Origin: Prorocentrum cordatum
Taxonomy: Eukaryota
Direction: 5' to 3'
DNA length: 64,000 nt
NCBI GenBank assembly: GCA_963575745.1
Contig: CAUYUJ010000262.1
Location: forward strand, 1 to 64,000
The translations under genes were made by a program, and so were the position numbers. Positions 38,698 through 51,858 of the stretch are shown in pieces (positions within the stretch are counted from its first letter, which is position 1; every line of letters starts with the position of its first letter). The notes under the pieces are model-generated. The model was not told the origin of the DNA. It was given only the letters and a program-made list of their open reading frames with translations, and made no database searches.

Positions 38698-38978
38698 ACC
38701 GTTTTGTGCCCAGCATGCTTGTGGCCTCGGAGCGCCCTCGGCCCCTTCGCACAAAAAGGAGCGTCTGGTCTGAACCCGCCCCCACATTAAGCTCTGCAGG
38801 AGGCGTTTGTGGCTTGCGTGTGTGATCCGCCGCCGTTCTCCTCGCTCAAGTCTTTCCCTCCCCCCTTTCCCTGCTATTTCTCTCGCTTTCACCGTTTTGT
38901 GCCCAGCATGCTTGTGGCCTCGGAGCGCCCTCGGCCCGTCGCACAAAAAGGAGCGTCTGGTCTCAACCCGCCCCCACA
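38698..38978 (+). repeat. 3' split direct repeats B1-A2-(37-bp pyrimidine spacer)-B2
   Basis: B1 (89 bp) and B2 (88 bp) differ by two substitutions and one indel. A2 directly abuts B1. Confidence 0.95.
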
Positions 38979-40295
38979 GTTGTGTCATAGTTTCTGGGTC
39001 ACTGAGCTTGCTGTCACAATTTGTTGAAGCATGCATCGCCACCGCAAATTTGACGAGTTTTCCGCTTCGACCATAGCTATGTCTGTCGTAGTCATCCTGA
39101 CCAGCATAATGCTTTTGAGAAAAATCCAAGAACGAGCAGGAAAAGAGGAGGAGGCAGCAGCAGCAGGTGGATAGGTGGGAGGAGGGGGGGCAGGAGGCGG
39201 AGATGAAGGAAGAGGAAAACGAAAGAAAAGCCCAGATGCGCCAACGATGTTGCAACACACCTTCGCATGCCAAACCCCTTCCCCAGAGGCCATTCCAGGT
39301 TATTTCACCATGCGCGCAGTGGACACACGAGTGCGCCCTGCGCCTGCCACTTAGGAGAGAGCCCCGGTTTGAAAAGGGATTGCCGCACACCATTTCTAGC
39401 GAATTAGAAGGAATATGAAAAGCTGGGATCATCAATGTTAACGTTGTGTCCAGCGGGAGCTTAGTTTTGTGCAACCAGCGCCCTGCAAAGGTTGAGAAAA
39501 GTTGGAGCCAGAGCCCCAGTTTGAACGAGAATCGCCCTCCATCCAACCTTCTGATCGTTATCGAAAACGCCTACGGCGAACACCGCAGCCCCGTGTCTTT
39601 GGGAAGCGCCACTGCGTCCAAACGCTGGGGCAAAGCTTGGCCAAGGTGTCGAGCTATGGGTCCCCCCAGCCATTTGAGGAAAGAAAAAGCAAACAGCAGG
39701 AGAGGTTGGAGGAGCAGGAGGAGGAGGAGGAGAAGGAGACGGGGTAGGAGGAAGAGGAAGAGAAGAAGGAAAAGGAGAAGGAGGAACAGAAAAACCACGA
39801 GGAGGAGCTGGAGGGGGAGGAGAACAAGAATAAGAAGACGGAGGCCTCCTGGGGGCCTCTCCGTGGCCCCTTGGAGTCATACGGAGCTGCCTTGGAGCCA
39901 TAGTGGGCCGCTTTCGATTCATCCTTGCCGTGTTGGAGGGCAACATGGACCGCATTGGAGGCCATGCGCAGCCATCCTGGACGTCTCGGGGGCCATCTTG
40001 GGCCAGCTTAGCCATCCCGGGCAGCCTTTGCGCAGTCGTGTGGAAATTTTGGGGGTACATTGCGTTGTATTCGGGATGTATTGGAGGCCTTGTCGGCCGT
40101 CTGAGACGAACGGCTCTTTCAACATCGCTTTCGCATTGAGAATGTCTCAGTCCAGGTGTTCATCTCTTAAGATCTGAAGACTTTGCGAGCTCGCTCGACA
40201 TCTCCATGCTCTGGGGATATCTCCAGGCGAAACGCGCGTCCGCCCACCACTCGGAAGATCTTCAAAATGTGGGAGACAAGGTGTTCGAGGAGGTA

Positions 40296-40471
40296 CAGTG
40301 GGGGCCCATGCCAAGAAACACCTTGCTTACCTCCAGGGTGCCATGGGTTTCTTGGGTTCCGATGGTGTTGCTATGGAAATCGTGACGTTCCCACACCAAA
40401 AATTAATGGACGTCCTGGGGTCTCAGGGTTGGGTTTCTTGTGGAAGGTTTCTTGTGGATTGGCCTCCACTG
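40296..40471. mobile_element. 176-bp pogo/Tc1-type MITE (reverse copy of 23297-23476)
   Basis: TA|CAGTGGGGGCC ... GGCCTCCACTG|TA. Confidence 0.88.
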
Positions 40472-40676
40472 TACGCAGCGAGAGCTTCATTGTGTAGTGA
40501 ATGACGTGCGACTGCTTTGGGGGGCGCGGAGGCGGGATTGGCCGAGGCCCCCCCTGGAAACATTTCTTGAGAGGGGTTCGGCTATCATCCAGCACGCCCA
40601 CAGCCCTTCTTACAGGCAGCCGGGGGCGGCCGATCTAGTGGCCTTTTGCTTGTCCCGCCACCATTCCTCGTGACCC

Positions 40677-40898
40677 AAAAGGGGGTCCAGCTGAAAGGGG
40701 GTGGTGCAATAGATTTGGGGTAAGTGTATTGCAGATTTACTGCGCCAGAGAAGTGTTTTGCATTGTAATACAACTACTGTATTGCATGCGAAAACCCATC
40801 CATACATTCGCGCGCTGGAATGTATAGCCTATTGCAACCCTACACATCTACTGCACCAAGTCTGTTGCACAACCCCCTTGCCGCTGGACCCCCCTTTT
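40677..40898. mobile_element. Approximately 220-bp MITE with approximately 42-bp TIRs
   Basis: aaaagggggtccagctgaaagggggtggtgcaatagatttgg versus the right-end reverse complement aaaaggggggtccagcggcaagggggttgtgcaacagacttgg. Confidence 0.8.
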
Positions 40899-42278
40899 AA
40901 GTCAAGCATAGCCGTGCATGGATTATGGCGCAGAGGCCTCGGGTCTATTGGGCTGCTTTCTCGGGGACATCTTGGAGGGCTCTTTGGGGCGTTCGGGGGC
41001 CTCTGGGGGGATCTTGGGGCCATATTCGGGTGAAGGGCTCGAAATTTCAGCTCGTGCGCCCCCTCTTTGGCAGTACTGGGGGCCTCGTGGGCCGTGTTGG
41101 TGACCTCTTCGGCCGCACTAGAGCGATAGTATGGTTTTTGGGGGCCGCGTTTTGTTATTAAACGAAGCCTGCGCAGCCTCAAGTGTGGGGTCGTTTCATG
41201 GGGACCCTTTGGGGGGGGGGGGCGTCTCGGATGCCTTTTAGGCCGTCTCGGAGCCCTCTTGGACCGTCTTGGGAGCCCCTTGGGGCCGTTTTCGCCCAGG
41301 CTCGGAGCCGCCTGGCCTCGGGAGAATGCTTGCGAGGAGCTCCAGGGGGCACGCGACAGACCCCGGGAGCGCCTGGAATTTTGGGGCGACTTGGTCCTCG
41401 TTTCCTATGTTGTAGCCTGCGTTTCAGGCCCTGGGTGTGGCCGCGATGCCCCGCAGAGTCGACTGCCAGGCCGCGTCAGCACAGGCTGGCCGCCCGGCCA
41501 TTCCAGTCGAGGTCTTTCGTGTTGTGAGTGCTTCCCCTCCTCCGCCCTCCGCCGCCGCCCTCCGCCTCGGTCCCCCCATCTTACCGCTGGACCCTCAGTG
41601 CCTGCCACAGCCTGGCTCACTAGAACGCACGTGCGGATCGTTCCTGCCGCGCTACGACGGAAAAATTATGTGGAGGGCGCAGGCCCCTTGGAAAGCCTTT
41701 ACAGTGACGTCGAAGGGACCTGACGGCACAGCACTCAGTGCCTCGCGCCACGGTGGCGGAAACTGAGGGAACTCCCAAGCGAGAGGCGCAGTGTGAAAAA
41801 GAACTGCCCTCCGTCCTTGTAGCTGTTACAAAGGTATAAGACGAATGTGCACGGCACTGAGACGAAAAAACATACTGAAGAAAGCCGCCGCCCATCGTTT
41901 TGTGATGGTTGCAGGTTTTGAAAACGAGTGCGTGCGGCGCCAAGGCGAAAGCCCCCATGTTGAGACGGAGCCGCCCTCCATCTCTGTAACCGCTGCAAGT
42001 TCTCACGACGAGTGCGAGCGGCGGCAGGCGAGAGGTCACGTGTGGAAAAGTAAAACACACAAACAAACAAACAACAATTGTCCACCTGTGTAATTGCTGC
42101 AAGGGGAGGTATCAGACACAGCGCACGGGCCGCCTCACCAACGCGGCCGGGGGCGCAAGGCGTGATCTCCATTGCTCACATATGTGTATGTATATTCCTC
42201 ATCATATATCTCTGTTACCCGGAAGCTCGTATATATGTATGTGAATACCTAATCATAAATGCTTTAACCCGGAAACCC

Positions 42279-42329
<51 letters not shown>

Positions 42330-43098
42330 TGATCCGCGGGTCCAGAGCGCACCTCTTCCGGTCGACACACACACACACACACTCCCTAAACTAGACCCCC
42401 CCCAAGGAGGTCCCGGACACCCTTTCGGACGTCTCGGCGGCCCCCGGGACGCCCTTCCAAAAGGTCCGCTGGCCCTTCCGGGCCTCCCTGGGCGCCTTGC
42501 CGGGCCTTGCGAGCAGATTCAAAACGATCAGAAGGGTCATCGGAGAGGCGCGAGAGAGACCCGAGACAGCGCAAGAGCGCTCCGAGAGGAATTTCGATGG
42601 TCCGAAGACGGCCCACGAGGTCCCCAAGACGCCCCAAGAGGACGTTAAGAGAGCCCCGAAGAAGCAAAAATCGCCCCATCCCCATGGGAAAATGTATACC
42701 TTTAGCATATCCGCTTGTTTGGTATTCGCAGCGTCCTTGACGGCCCGATGGGCCCCCGATATCGCCCCAAGACGGCCCAAGAGGCCCCCCAGAGGGTGTG
42801 AAGACGGCCCGAGAGGGCCCCCAGATTGCCCCAGAGAGCCCCGAGACTGCCCACAAGAAGCCCGAGATGCCCCCGAAGGCTCCCAAAAGATACACGAAAG
42901 CCATGGGAGATTCCCAAAAGGCCACTGGAGGCCCCCAAGAGTGCCCTAAATGGTTTCAGAAGACCTCTGGAGGGCCCCAGCTCCCCAAGACGGCCCAAGA
43001 AGGCCCCAGGACAGCCCAAGAGGGCCCCAGGACGGCCCAAAAGAGCTCAAAAAACGCCCAGATTGCGATATCCGTGCGCTCGTTGTCTCTGTCTCTCA

Positions 43099-43219
<121 letters not shown>

Positions 43220-45507
43220 TCCCTTCCCCCCTGTGACTTTTCATCGACCTCCCTCCACGTTCGTGGCATCCGATTACCATCCTCATTCGCCCGCTCCTTC
43301 TGAACCTTCTCCCCGTTTCTCCCCCCTCCTCCCCCCTTCCGCCTCTTCAGTCCCCCCCTCATCCCTGGTCCCTTCCCGTCCCCCGTTCACGGACAGGTAC
43401 CATCGCAACAGTTTGATGTTGCACCTTCGCGCGAGAAAAAACACCATTCTTTCCCCACTCCTGCGCACATACGTGCGAGCGCATCGGGCGAGCGCGGTGT
43501 CAGCAAGCACCCGGGATATCAGAAAAATAAGCCGATCGCCCGTCCAGGCCTCGAGGTCCCCCCTGCTGAAGCAAGCGATGATTGATTGGTTTGCTGGGGA
43601 AGCGCCCGGAACCAAGCACAGGGCGCGAAGCGCCACTGCAGTCTTGTATAGACATGTGCATACATATACGTATATGCACACATATATATATATTGGATGT
43701 ACACTTACGCATACGTATGCAAATTTATATATATATATATATAGACACGTGCATAAATGCAAACATTCATGCAGGCAGACAGACAGTCACGCGTGCACGC
43801 ATACAAACATACACATGCATAGACATGTGACTATGCATATAGATCATAATATTTCAATATGTGTGTGAGCGTGTAAGCGCATGAAGGACATGCATACCAA
43901 TATACACCTATACAGACATGCAAAGTTGCATACATCCATACATGCATACATGCATACATACGTATCGCGCCATGCACCTGATTGCGGGATTTTCGGATGC
44001 AGGGGAATGGCGTCGTGATTTGGGGCTTGCGTTGGAGAAGACGCGAGCGGGAAAAGAGGAAGGTTTTCTTTCCACCTCGCAGCGAAGATCACCGCCGAAG
44101 ACACCATGCAACCCCACGGGCAGCATCTACCCAAAAAGATTGGAACCAGCAGCGGGCGCAGGGGCGGCGCGGCAGCCCCTGGGGCCCTTGGGCGCCGTCT
44201 TGGGCCCTTTGGGCCGGGCGTGGGGGCATTGTGAATAGCAGGTAATCTCGAGCCCTTTGGGGCCGTCTTGGGGGCATTGTGACCCTTCTTGGTGCCCTTT
44301 GGGGCCGTCGTGGGGCCCTGGGGGGGGGGGTTCTTGGGTTGTATTGGATTAGTTTGGGGCGTTTCTCGGGGCGCCATGGAGTGCTGGAAGCCAAAAACAG
44401 TGAGAACGCTGAAAGGTTAGATAGCCAAAAGAAATGCATTCATTTTGCGTTTTCAGGCCTGTTGGGGGTCCTCTTGGAGCCTTTCTGGGATTTCGATGCC
44501 TCTTGGGCCGCCTTGGTGTCCTCTTGGAGCGCTCTTGGACCTTTTTGGGCCCTGGAGACATCTTGGAACCCCCGTTGGCCCATTTGCACGGCTCGGCCAC
44601 CATTTGAGATGCTGTGGGGGGATCGCGGGGCCCTCTAGGGCAGTCTTGGGGGCAGCTTCGGCAATCCTGGGGCCCGCTTTGGCCTTCGTCGGGCCCTCTT
44701 GGGAGCTTCCTGAGCCGCCTTGGAACAATCTTGGGCGCCTCTTGGGCCGTCCTGGAGCGCCAGAAGCCCGAGAAGGTGAGAATAGGCGAGAATGTTCGAA
44801 TGCTGCACAAACCTGAAAATATGCGCCGTTGGGCCTTCTTGGGGATCATCTTCGAACTCGGGGCGTCTGGAGGGGCCTGATGGGCCGTCTTGGGGCCATC
44901 TTGGGCGTTTTGGTACGCTCTTGGCCGCTTCGGAGCCCTCTTGCACCGTCTTGGGGGCCTCGCGGGACCGTCGCTGGCCATGCTGCGCGGCTCGGCAGAG
45001 ACTCCAGGAGGCCCGGGGCCCGGAAGTCCCAGGCCACCCTTTCCTGAAAGCCAGACAGCTCCTGGAGCCAGGGATGCGGGGGGTCCTGTTTCTGGGGGGG
45101 GGGGGGGGCACGTTCTCGGAAGGGTCCAGGCCACTAATGGCGGAGCCGGGCGGGGCCCGCCGCGGCCGAGACCGAGGCCGGAGCCGGAGCCGAAGACGAG
45201 GCCAGGGCCAGGACCAGGGCCGAGACAGGGGCCGCAGCCGGGGCCGGGGCCGGCGACGGGGCCAGAGTCGAGCCCGAGGCCGAGGCCGTATAAGGAACCA
45301 GGTCCAGAGCGGCGGTCGGGGTTGCCATCGGGGCCAGCGCCGAGGCCGAGCAGGGTCGAGGCCGACCGGGTACGCCCGGGGTGGAGACGAAGCGAGGGAA
45401 GAGGCCAGGGCCGAGGCCAAAGCCGAGGCCATTGCCAATCCCGAAATTGGAACCGATAGAGAAGAAGGAGACGAAGAAGAAGAAGAAGGGACAGAGGGGG
45501 AGGAGGG

Positions 45508-47818
45508 CAAGCTAGGTGCGCTCGCGTCATAGCTGACGTCATACCCCTCCCTCTCATCCCTGACCATGGCGTTGGTCTCTCTTCTGTTCGCACAATCGGA
45601 TGTCGTATGATGGCACAGCATTACATGGCATAGCATGGCGTTGAAGATCAACGCGTAGCATGACGTAGCATGGCGTGGCGACGCCCCAAAGTGGGGGGGG
45701 CTTCTGCGGCACAAAAAATCAACGAATCTACACCGAATGTGGAGTCTCTTCCTATGGTTTCTTCTGGATGCCATTTTTTAGAGTTTGGGGCCAAACGGAG
45801 GGTACCCAAAAAATCAACGAATCGACACCAAGTGTGTAATCACTTCTGATGGTTTTGGGGGGGGGCATTTTCTAGATTTTGGAGCCTATTTGGAAGGACC
45901 GAAAACCATGCCGTGGCATGGCGCTGGAAATAATACCGCCAGCGATGCAGCGGGAGCACGATTCGGAACGAGCGGAAGCGCGGAAATGAGGCCAGCGTTG
46001 CAGTGGGAGCACGATTCGGAACGAACGGTGGCCCGAAAATGAAGCCAGCGCCTCAGCGAGAGCAGCATGTTGAATAAAAATCGAAGTGAAAACCCGCTTC
46101 CCAGGAAAACCGGTACGCGAAGGGGGGCCGGCCATTTCCGGGACGTCACCAGGGGAGAGAGGAGAGTAGTATTCATGGCGTGTCATTGTGAAGGGGGCAA
46201 AAAGGAAGAGGAGGAGGGAGCAGGAGGATTACCAAGTATGGTATGGACCTCAGAGGTACTTGAACCCAGCTTCAGGGATGAGGCGACAAACAGAGAAGCA
46301 CTGGAAACGCGGCAGGTTTAAAAAGGTAAACATCAGCCAGTTCTTGGCCAAGAGTGGGCCACATACTCGAGGTCGAAGTGCGTGGCCGAGACCTGTCTGC
46401 CAGCGGCTGATGGGGGAAGAGATTGATGAAAGGGGGAACACATAGCCTACGTGTCCTGCTGCGGCTGCACGTCAAGGAACGCCGTTGGGCAGCAATCGCG
46501 CCCGTCCACGTGCAGGTGCATCCAGCGGCCGATCGCGGCCTCACCTCGAGAGAGCCCTTGGCGAAAGCTCACCACGAGGCGCCCGATCTGCCCGCGGGGC
46601 GGAGCGGGGCCCACTCCCCGGACACGACAGCCGGGCACCCTGGCTGCCTGCAGGGCAGGGCGCCTGCTTGCCCGACAGCCCCGAGATCCGACGGGGCGCG
46701 AAGAGGCGGAAGCATCGCAGAAAGTCACGACCGGAGCCCCGGACCCCCATCTTCCTGCGCCGTCTTCCGAGCTGGATCGCTCTGTGAGGGGCCCAGGGCT
46801 CAACACCTGACGACCACGTCCGGCTCAAAAATGTCGAGACGCCAGGATCTCAGGCGGCCGTCTTGTCGCGCTGCGGCCCCTCCGGGACCACGGCGCAGCC
46901 CGGCCAGGGGCGGACCGGGCGCGGGGCAGGCAGGGCGCGGCGACCGCCGCGAAGGAGACCCCGCCGTGCTCGAGGCCCCGCGGGGGATCCCTCGAGCTGT
47001 CCCCCTCCTGCCCCTCCTCCCACTGCTCCCTCCTCCCCTCCTCCTACCCCTCCTCCTCCTCCACAATTACTCAATATGAATACTACTCTCCTCCTTCCCC
47101 TGATGACGGGTTGGGAGTGCTCGCCCACCCCCCACCCCCGCGTACTGTTTGTTTACAGGATTCCCCGGAGTTGGGTTTTCGCTTGCATTTTTTTCCCAAA
47201 TGCTGCTCTCGCTGAGGCGCCGGCCTCATTTTCGGGCCCCGCTCGTTCCGAATCGTCCTCCCGCTGCAGCGCTGGCCTCATGTCCGTGCTTCCGCTCGTT
47301 CCGAATCGTGCTCCCGCTGCAGCGCTGGCCTCATTTCCGCGCTTCCGCTCGTTCACGAATCGTGCTCCCGCTGCAGCGCTGGCGTCATTTCCCGTGCCAT
47401 GCCACGGCATGCAATGCAATGCTAGGTTGCGGTCCGTTGCGTGATGCCATGCCTTCAGCTGAAGCTGTGATATGCAGTGTTTAAGTGCCACGTCGTGCTA
47501 TGCCATGCTACGCTTTGATCTGCAACGCCATGGTATGCAATGTTATGTTCGGGGCCGCTGTGCGATGCCATGCTTTGCGTTGCAAAGCTTTGTGATGCAA
47601 TTCTTCACTACGCCACGCCACGCCATGCTGTGACATACTACGCTTTGCGGTGTTCTTCTACGCCATGCCATGCCGTGCTCTACAATGCATCGCGTACCCT
47701 TTCGGGATCATTGCCCTGCTCGACATCCGACTGTGCGAGTAGAGAGGGGATCTACGCCATGGTAAGGGATGGGAGGGAGGGGTAGGATGTCAGATATGAC
47801 GCGAGCGCACCTAGCTTG
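45508..47818. repeat. Long inverted repeat: arms about 45508-46228 and 47015-47818 around an approximately 790-bp spacer
   Basis: caagctaggtgcgctcgcgtcat pairs with atgacgcgagcgcacctagcttg, and ggagagtagtattcat pairs with atgaatactactctcc. Arms contain 53-bp tandem units (2 on the left, 3 on the right). Confidence 0.88.
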
Positions 47819-48523
47819 TCCCCTCCCCCTCTCCCCTCCTCCCCCTCTTCTCCTCCTCCTCCTCATCCTCCTCCTCCTCCTCCTCCTCCTCCCTCCTCCT
47901 CCTCCTCCTCCTCCTCTCCTCTCCTCCTCCTCCTCCTCCTCCCTCCTCCTTCTCCTCCTCCTCCTCCTCCTCCTCCTCCTCCTCCTCTTGCTCCTCCTCC
48001 TCCTCCTCCTCCTCCTCCTCCTCGTCCCCATCCTCCCTCCTCCCCTCCTCTTCCGCGCCCCCTGCCTTCGCCTCTGGGAGTTTCTCCCTTCCACTGCAGC
48101 AAAAGCGCCTAGGGTGCCCCTCGGCTGGATTGCAGAAACGCGCACGGAGCACTTGCGCTACAAGGGCAAAGAATCGTTGCTTCACGTTGGGCCCGCAGGG
48201 GGTCCGCGTCTCTCGGCTCCGCGCCTCGTGCTCCGCACGGTGGTGCCGAATCCCCCCTCTTGCGCTTCGCAGTTTTCCCTGAGATCCTGGCGCTTCGTTT
48301 TTTGTCGGCGTTTTCGTCAGGCTTCGGGCCCTGGGACACTCGCATATCGATCCATGTCGAAGAATGGCGCAGAAGCATTGGGTCCAGAGCTCGGGTCGTG
48401 ATGTTTGACGATGCTTCCATTTTGTTTCCTCCGTCGGATCTCAGGGTAGTAAGGGCAAGCAGCCCCGGGGGGCTCCGCCGAAGACTCCGGTAGCAACGCT
48501 TGCATGCGTCCCCCAGCTCATCC

Positions 48524-49290
48524 CAGACCCCCGACGTCGATATTTGTTCACACTGTCGGCCCCCAGAGGTCTGGACCCCTTCCCGGGACCAGCTTTTCAT
48601 CCTGAGTGGTTTTTGACGCTCCCGAGGCCCGGCAAGGGCCCCCGGAGGCCGAAAATACCGAAAAGCTCCCCGTCGTGATTTTTCCACAGCGCGAGGAGGT
48701 CTGGGCAGAGAGCTCCGCCGAAGGATTTCCAGGGAGGCACGGGGGCATCGCGCGTTCGGGGCGGGTCCGCCAGGCGGCCGCGCGGCGCGGCGTGCCCGGT
48801 CCAGTGGGGCTTCGCCCCAGGCCGCGCGAGGACCCGAGCAGCCCCCCAGGGCCTGCGCCGCCCCCGACGGCGACTGTGGACGCCCGAAATGGGCACGGAA
48901 AGAATGGGTACAGTGCCCAACAACAAATGTTGTCCCAAACCAGCAGCGGCCGCTGTTGGGCCGGCGGCCGTCTGTCTCCAATGGAAACAGGCCGCGGCGA
49001 CACCGACAGCGAGTCCTGTTCGAAATGAACAAGAACTGCTGTTGGGCATGGTACCCATTCTTTCCGTGCCCAGGTCGGGCGTCCAAAGCGACACCAGCAG
49101 GAGGGGCACCCAGCCCCCCTCGCGTCGCGAGAGAACCGTGACGGGTGGTTGTTCGTGGTGTTCGGCCTCCACGAGCCCTCGGAGGGCCTCGGGGCCTTCC
49201 AGAGGCGATGCAGGATGAAAAGCGGGTCCCCAGGAAAGGGTCCAGACTTCTGAGGCTTACGTCACAAAAAATCATGACGTCGGGGGTTTG
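48524..49290. repeat. Inverted pair of a common approximately 180-bp dispersed repeat enclosing a MITE
   Basis: Arms about 48524-48705 and 49108-49290 (cagacccccgacgtc / gacgtcgggggtttg). The same family occurs at about 20805-20960, 21590-21845, 24120-24270, 52020-52185, 53143-53300 and 54615-54780. Confidence 0.75.
48877..49085. mobile_element. 209-bp MITE with approximately 48-bp TIRs
   Basis: tggacgcccgaaatgggcacggaaagaatgggtacagtgcccaaca versus tgttgggcatggtacccattctttccgtgcccaggtcgggcgtcca. Confidence 0.85.
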
Positions 49291-51543
49291 AGGAGTAAGT
49301 GGAGGAGGTTATGATGGTCTCTCCGTTTCTCCCTCCCCCCACGTTGTGTTTGTCTACTCTTGCCAAAGTCTCTTCTCGCAGCCAGTTACAAAAGCTACCT
49401 GGCTGTCTTGCTTGATCATACCCCCTGGCCAGACTGGCCCTGGGGGGGCGGCAGTCGACGGCTTCTCACGCCACCAGGTTCCAGGTTCCAAGTGGAGGAG
49501 GGACGAGGGGTAACGAGGGGAGCGAGGAGGATAAGAAGCGCATCGCCAGCCACGAAAGTCGTCCGTCTCGAAGTGTGGGCCCCTGTGCTCGAGAAGGGTT
49601 GCCCCTGGGCTCAGGACATGGCCCAGGGTAAGTCTGAACTCTGCGCGTTGGCGGCGCTTTAGGTCAGAGGCCACAGGAGCTGCACACAACCAGAAAGGAT
49701 GCACTCGACGCGGAGATTCCCACATCTGCATTTCGTTTCCTGGCACTTCCCCTCTGCGCGCGTCTGGATGAGAGGCCTGTGGCGACTGAGCGATCGGTGG
49801 CGGCTGCCCTTGGAGCGCCCAAATTGTATGGCTGCTGCATCGGGATGCTCTTGGGATTTTGAAACGGGAGGAGCCGGGGGGGGCCGAAATCAGCGTATCG
49901 CTTCAGGCGTCCTCACGATCTGGCCGCGAACAGGAAAGTGTAACGCTCCCTCGCGTCTTCCCCCTGGGGTGTCCAAATGCTTTGCCTGTAGGATCGCGGT
50001 GACCATGGGGCCGTGAGTGGAGAGGAGGTCGGGCGTGCTAAAGCCGACGCCTCGCTCGAGACAGCCCCCGTCCGAGCGCGAACGGGCCCGTGGTATTTAC
50101 CCCGGCCGTTCCCCCTCGTGCTGCCCAGGTGCGATGCTTGCTACACCGCTGCGACCATGGGGCTCTGAAACGACATTCGTCCACTCGGCCAAGCAAGCGC
50201 CTCGCTTGAGACACCCCAATGATCTGGGCGCGAACGGGCCCGTGCTACATCCCCTGACGGTGCCCCTTGGCGTGACAGAGTATGTTGTTTTCTGCATCGT
50301 TGTGACCAAGGGGCTATGAAAAGAGATTTGCCCACTGGGCCAAATGAGGGCCTCGTTTAAGACATCCCAACAATATGAACGCGAACGGGTCTGGGATACC
50401 CCCTGGTGGCTCTGTCTCGGGGTGCCCACATGTAAACCTGCTACATCGCGTGATACATGTGGTATGAGTATGGGTGATTGGGGGCGCACGTGTCTGTGTG
50501 CGAGTGGTTCGCGGTATGAGTGAGTCGGAGTGTGAATGATGAAATTGCGAGTCGCCCCTAAATCGCGCAGCGAGTTTATGGGGGCAGTGAAATTCGAGGA
50601 GTGCACGGACTTCCTTTCCCTTTGGCCTCGTGGCCTCCTCGCATCTTGCCCTCGGGCTCGCGGCTGCGAGCGTTCCTTGCATTATTTCTGGGAGCAGCTC
50701 AGCTTGGGCTTCGCGCGCGTTCTCCCGCGCTCCGTGGCAACTGGGGATTGTTCCCACGCTTCACCTTGCTGAGGTGGCGGCTGTCTGTCGTCGTCGTCTG
50801 TCTGTCTGCCTGCCCGTGTGTCTGTATGTGCATCGGTTCGGGCGTGGCCTGGAGGAGTCCGTCGCTGCCCGAAGAGGCTGGCGAGCGCCCTGGAGGCTGC
50901 GCGACCGCCAGGGAGGCCCCCGGCTGGGGCTCGCGATCCAGATGGGCGAGCGAGGCGCCCCAGGTGGCCGACTGGAACCGCGCTGTCCTGTGGTTGCCGT
51001 TGCGGCGTCTCGGTGGTCGCGCGGTTCCACAGTGCTCGGGGGTGTTTTTTTTGTTCCGCCCACCCTCCCAGCGCGTCGGGTTTCGCTGCCTGGGGCGTTT
51101 GGGGTTCTCCTGGGATTGCCCTTGCCAGCTGCACGGAAGTGGGCTGCCGTGTGAGAGGTCTTCTTGCATGAATACGTACATGATTCAGCTGAGTGTGAGC
51201 GGGTCTGAGTGTAAGTGTGCGTGAGTATGAGTGAGTCTGAATGTGAGTATGTCTCCGCATGAGTGAGTCTGAGTGTGAGCGGGTGTGGGTGTGAGTGGTC
51301 TGCCTATGAGTGAGTCTGAGCCTGAGCGAGGTGAGAAGGGGAGGAGACGGAGGAGGAGGAGGAGGAAGAGAGGAACAGGACGCGGGCGAGCGGAGGAGGC
51401 GGGAGGCGTCACGAAGAACAAGAGCCCCGCACTTGGGGCATGGTAAAAATCAGCGCGAAGCCTGGCCCGGTTCTCGATCCCGCGGGCGGATCCAGCCGTG
51501 CCGACATGGAACTTCGCGGAGCCCCTGAAAAGTGTTGAACCCC

Positions 51544-51609
<66 letters not shown>

Positions 51610-51858
51610 AACAGCATCGATCCTCGATCCCTGAAAAGTCTGGATCCCTAAAAAGTGTTGAACCCCTGAAAAGTCTGGATCCCTCGATCCTCCCGCATCC
51701 AGCTCGCAGTGGACCCTACGAGAGGGACTCGAGAGTGGCTCTTTTCAAGGCGCCTTGAAGGCGCCCCCACGACGGGGCGGCGCCGAGAGGGGGGGCCTCC
51801 GAAGAAGGCGGGGCGCTCACTCGAGGGCACGGGGTGCTCTCGGCCCCCCCGCGGCTTT

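Larger units (their letters stand above)
32779..38978 (+). mobile_element. Full-length decayed tyrosine-recombinase retrotransposon (DIRS order, PAT/Ngaro-type split direct repeats) with a DNMT-like domain
   Basis: A1 32779-32846, B1 38698-38786, A2 38786-38853 and B2 38891-38978. Internal gag, RT, RNase H, YR and methyltransferase-like segments. Confidence 0.95.
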
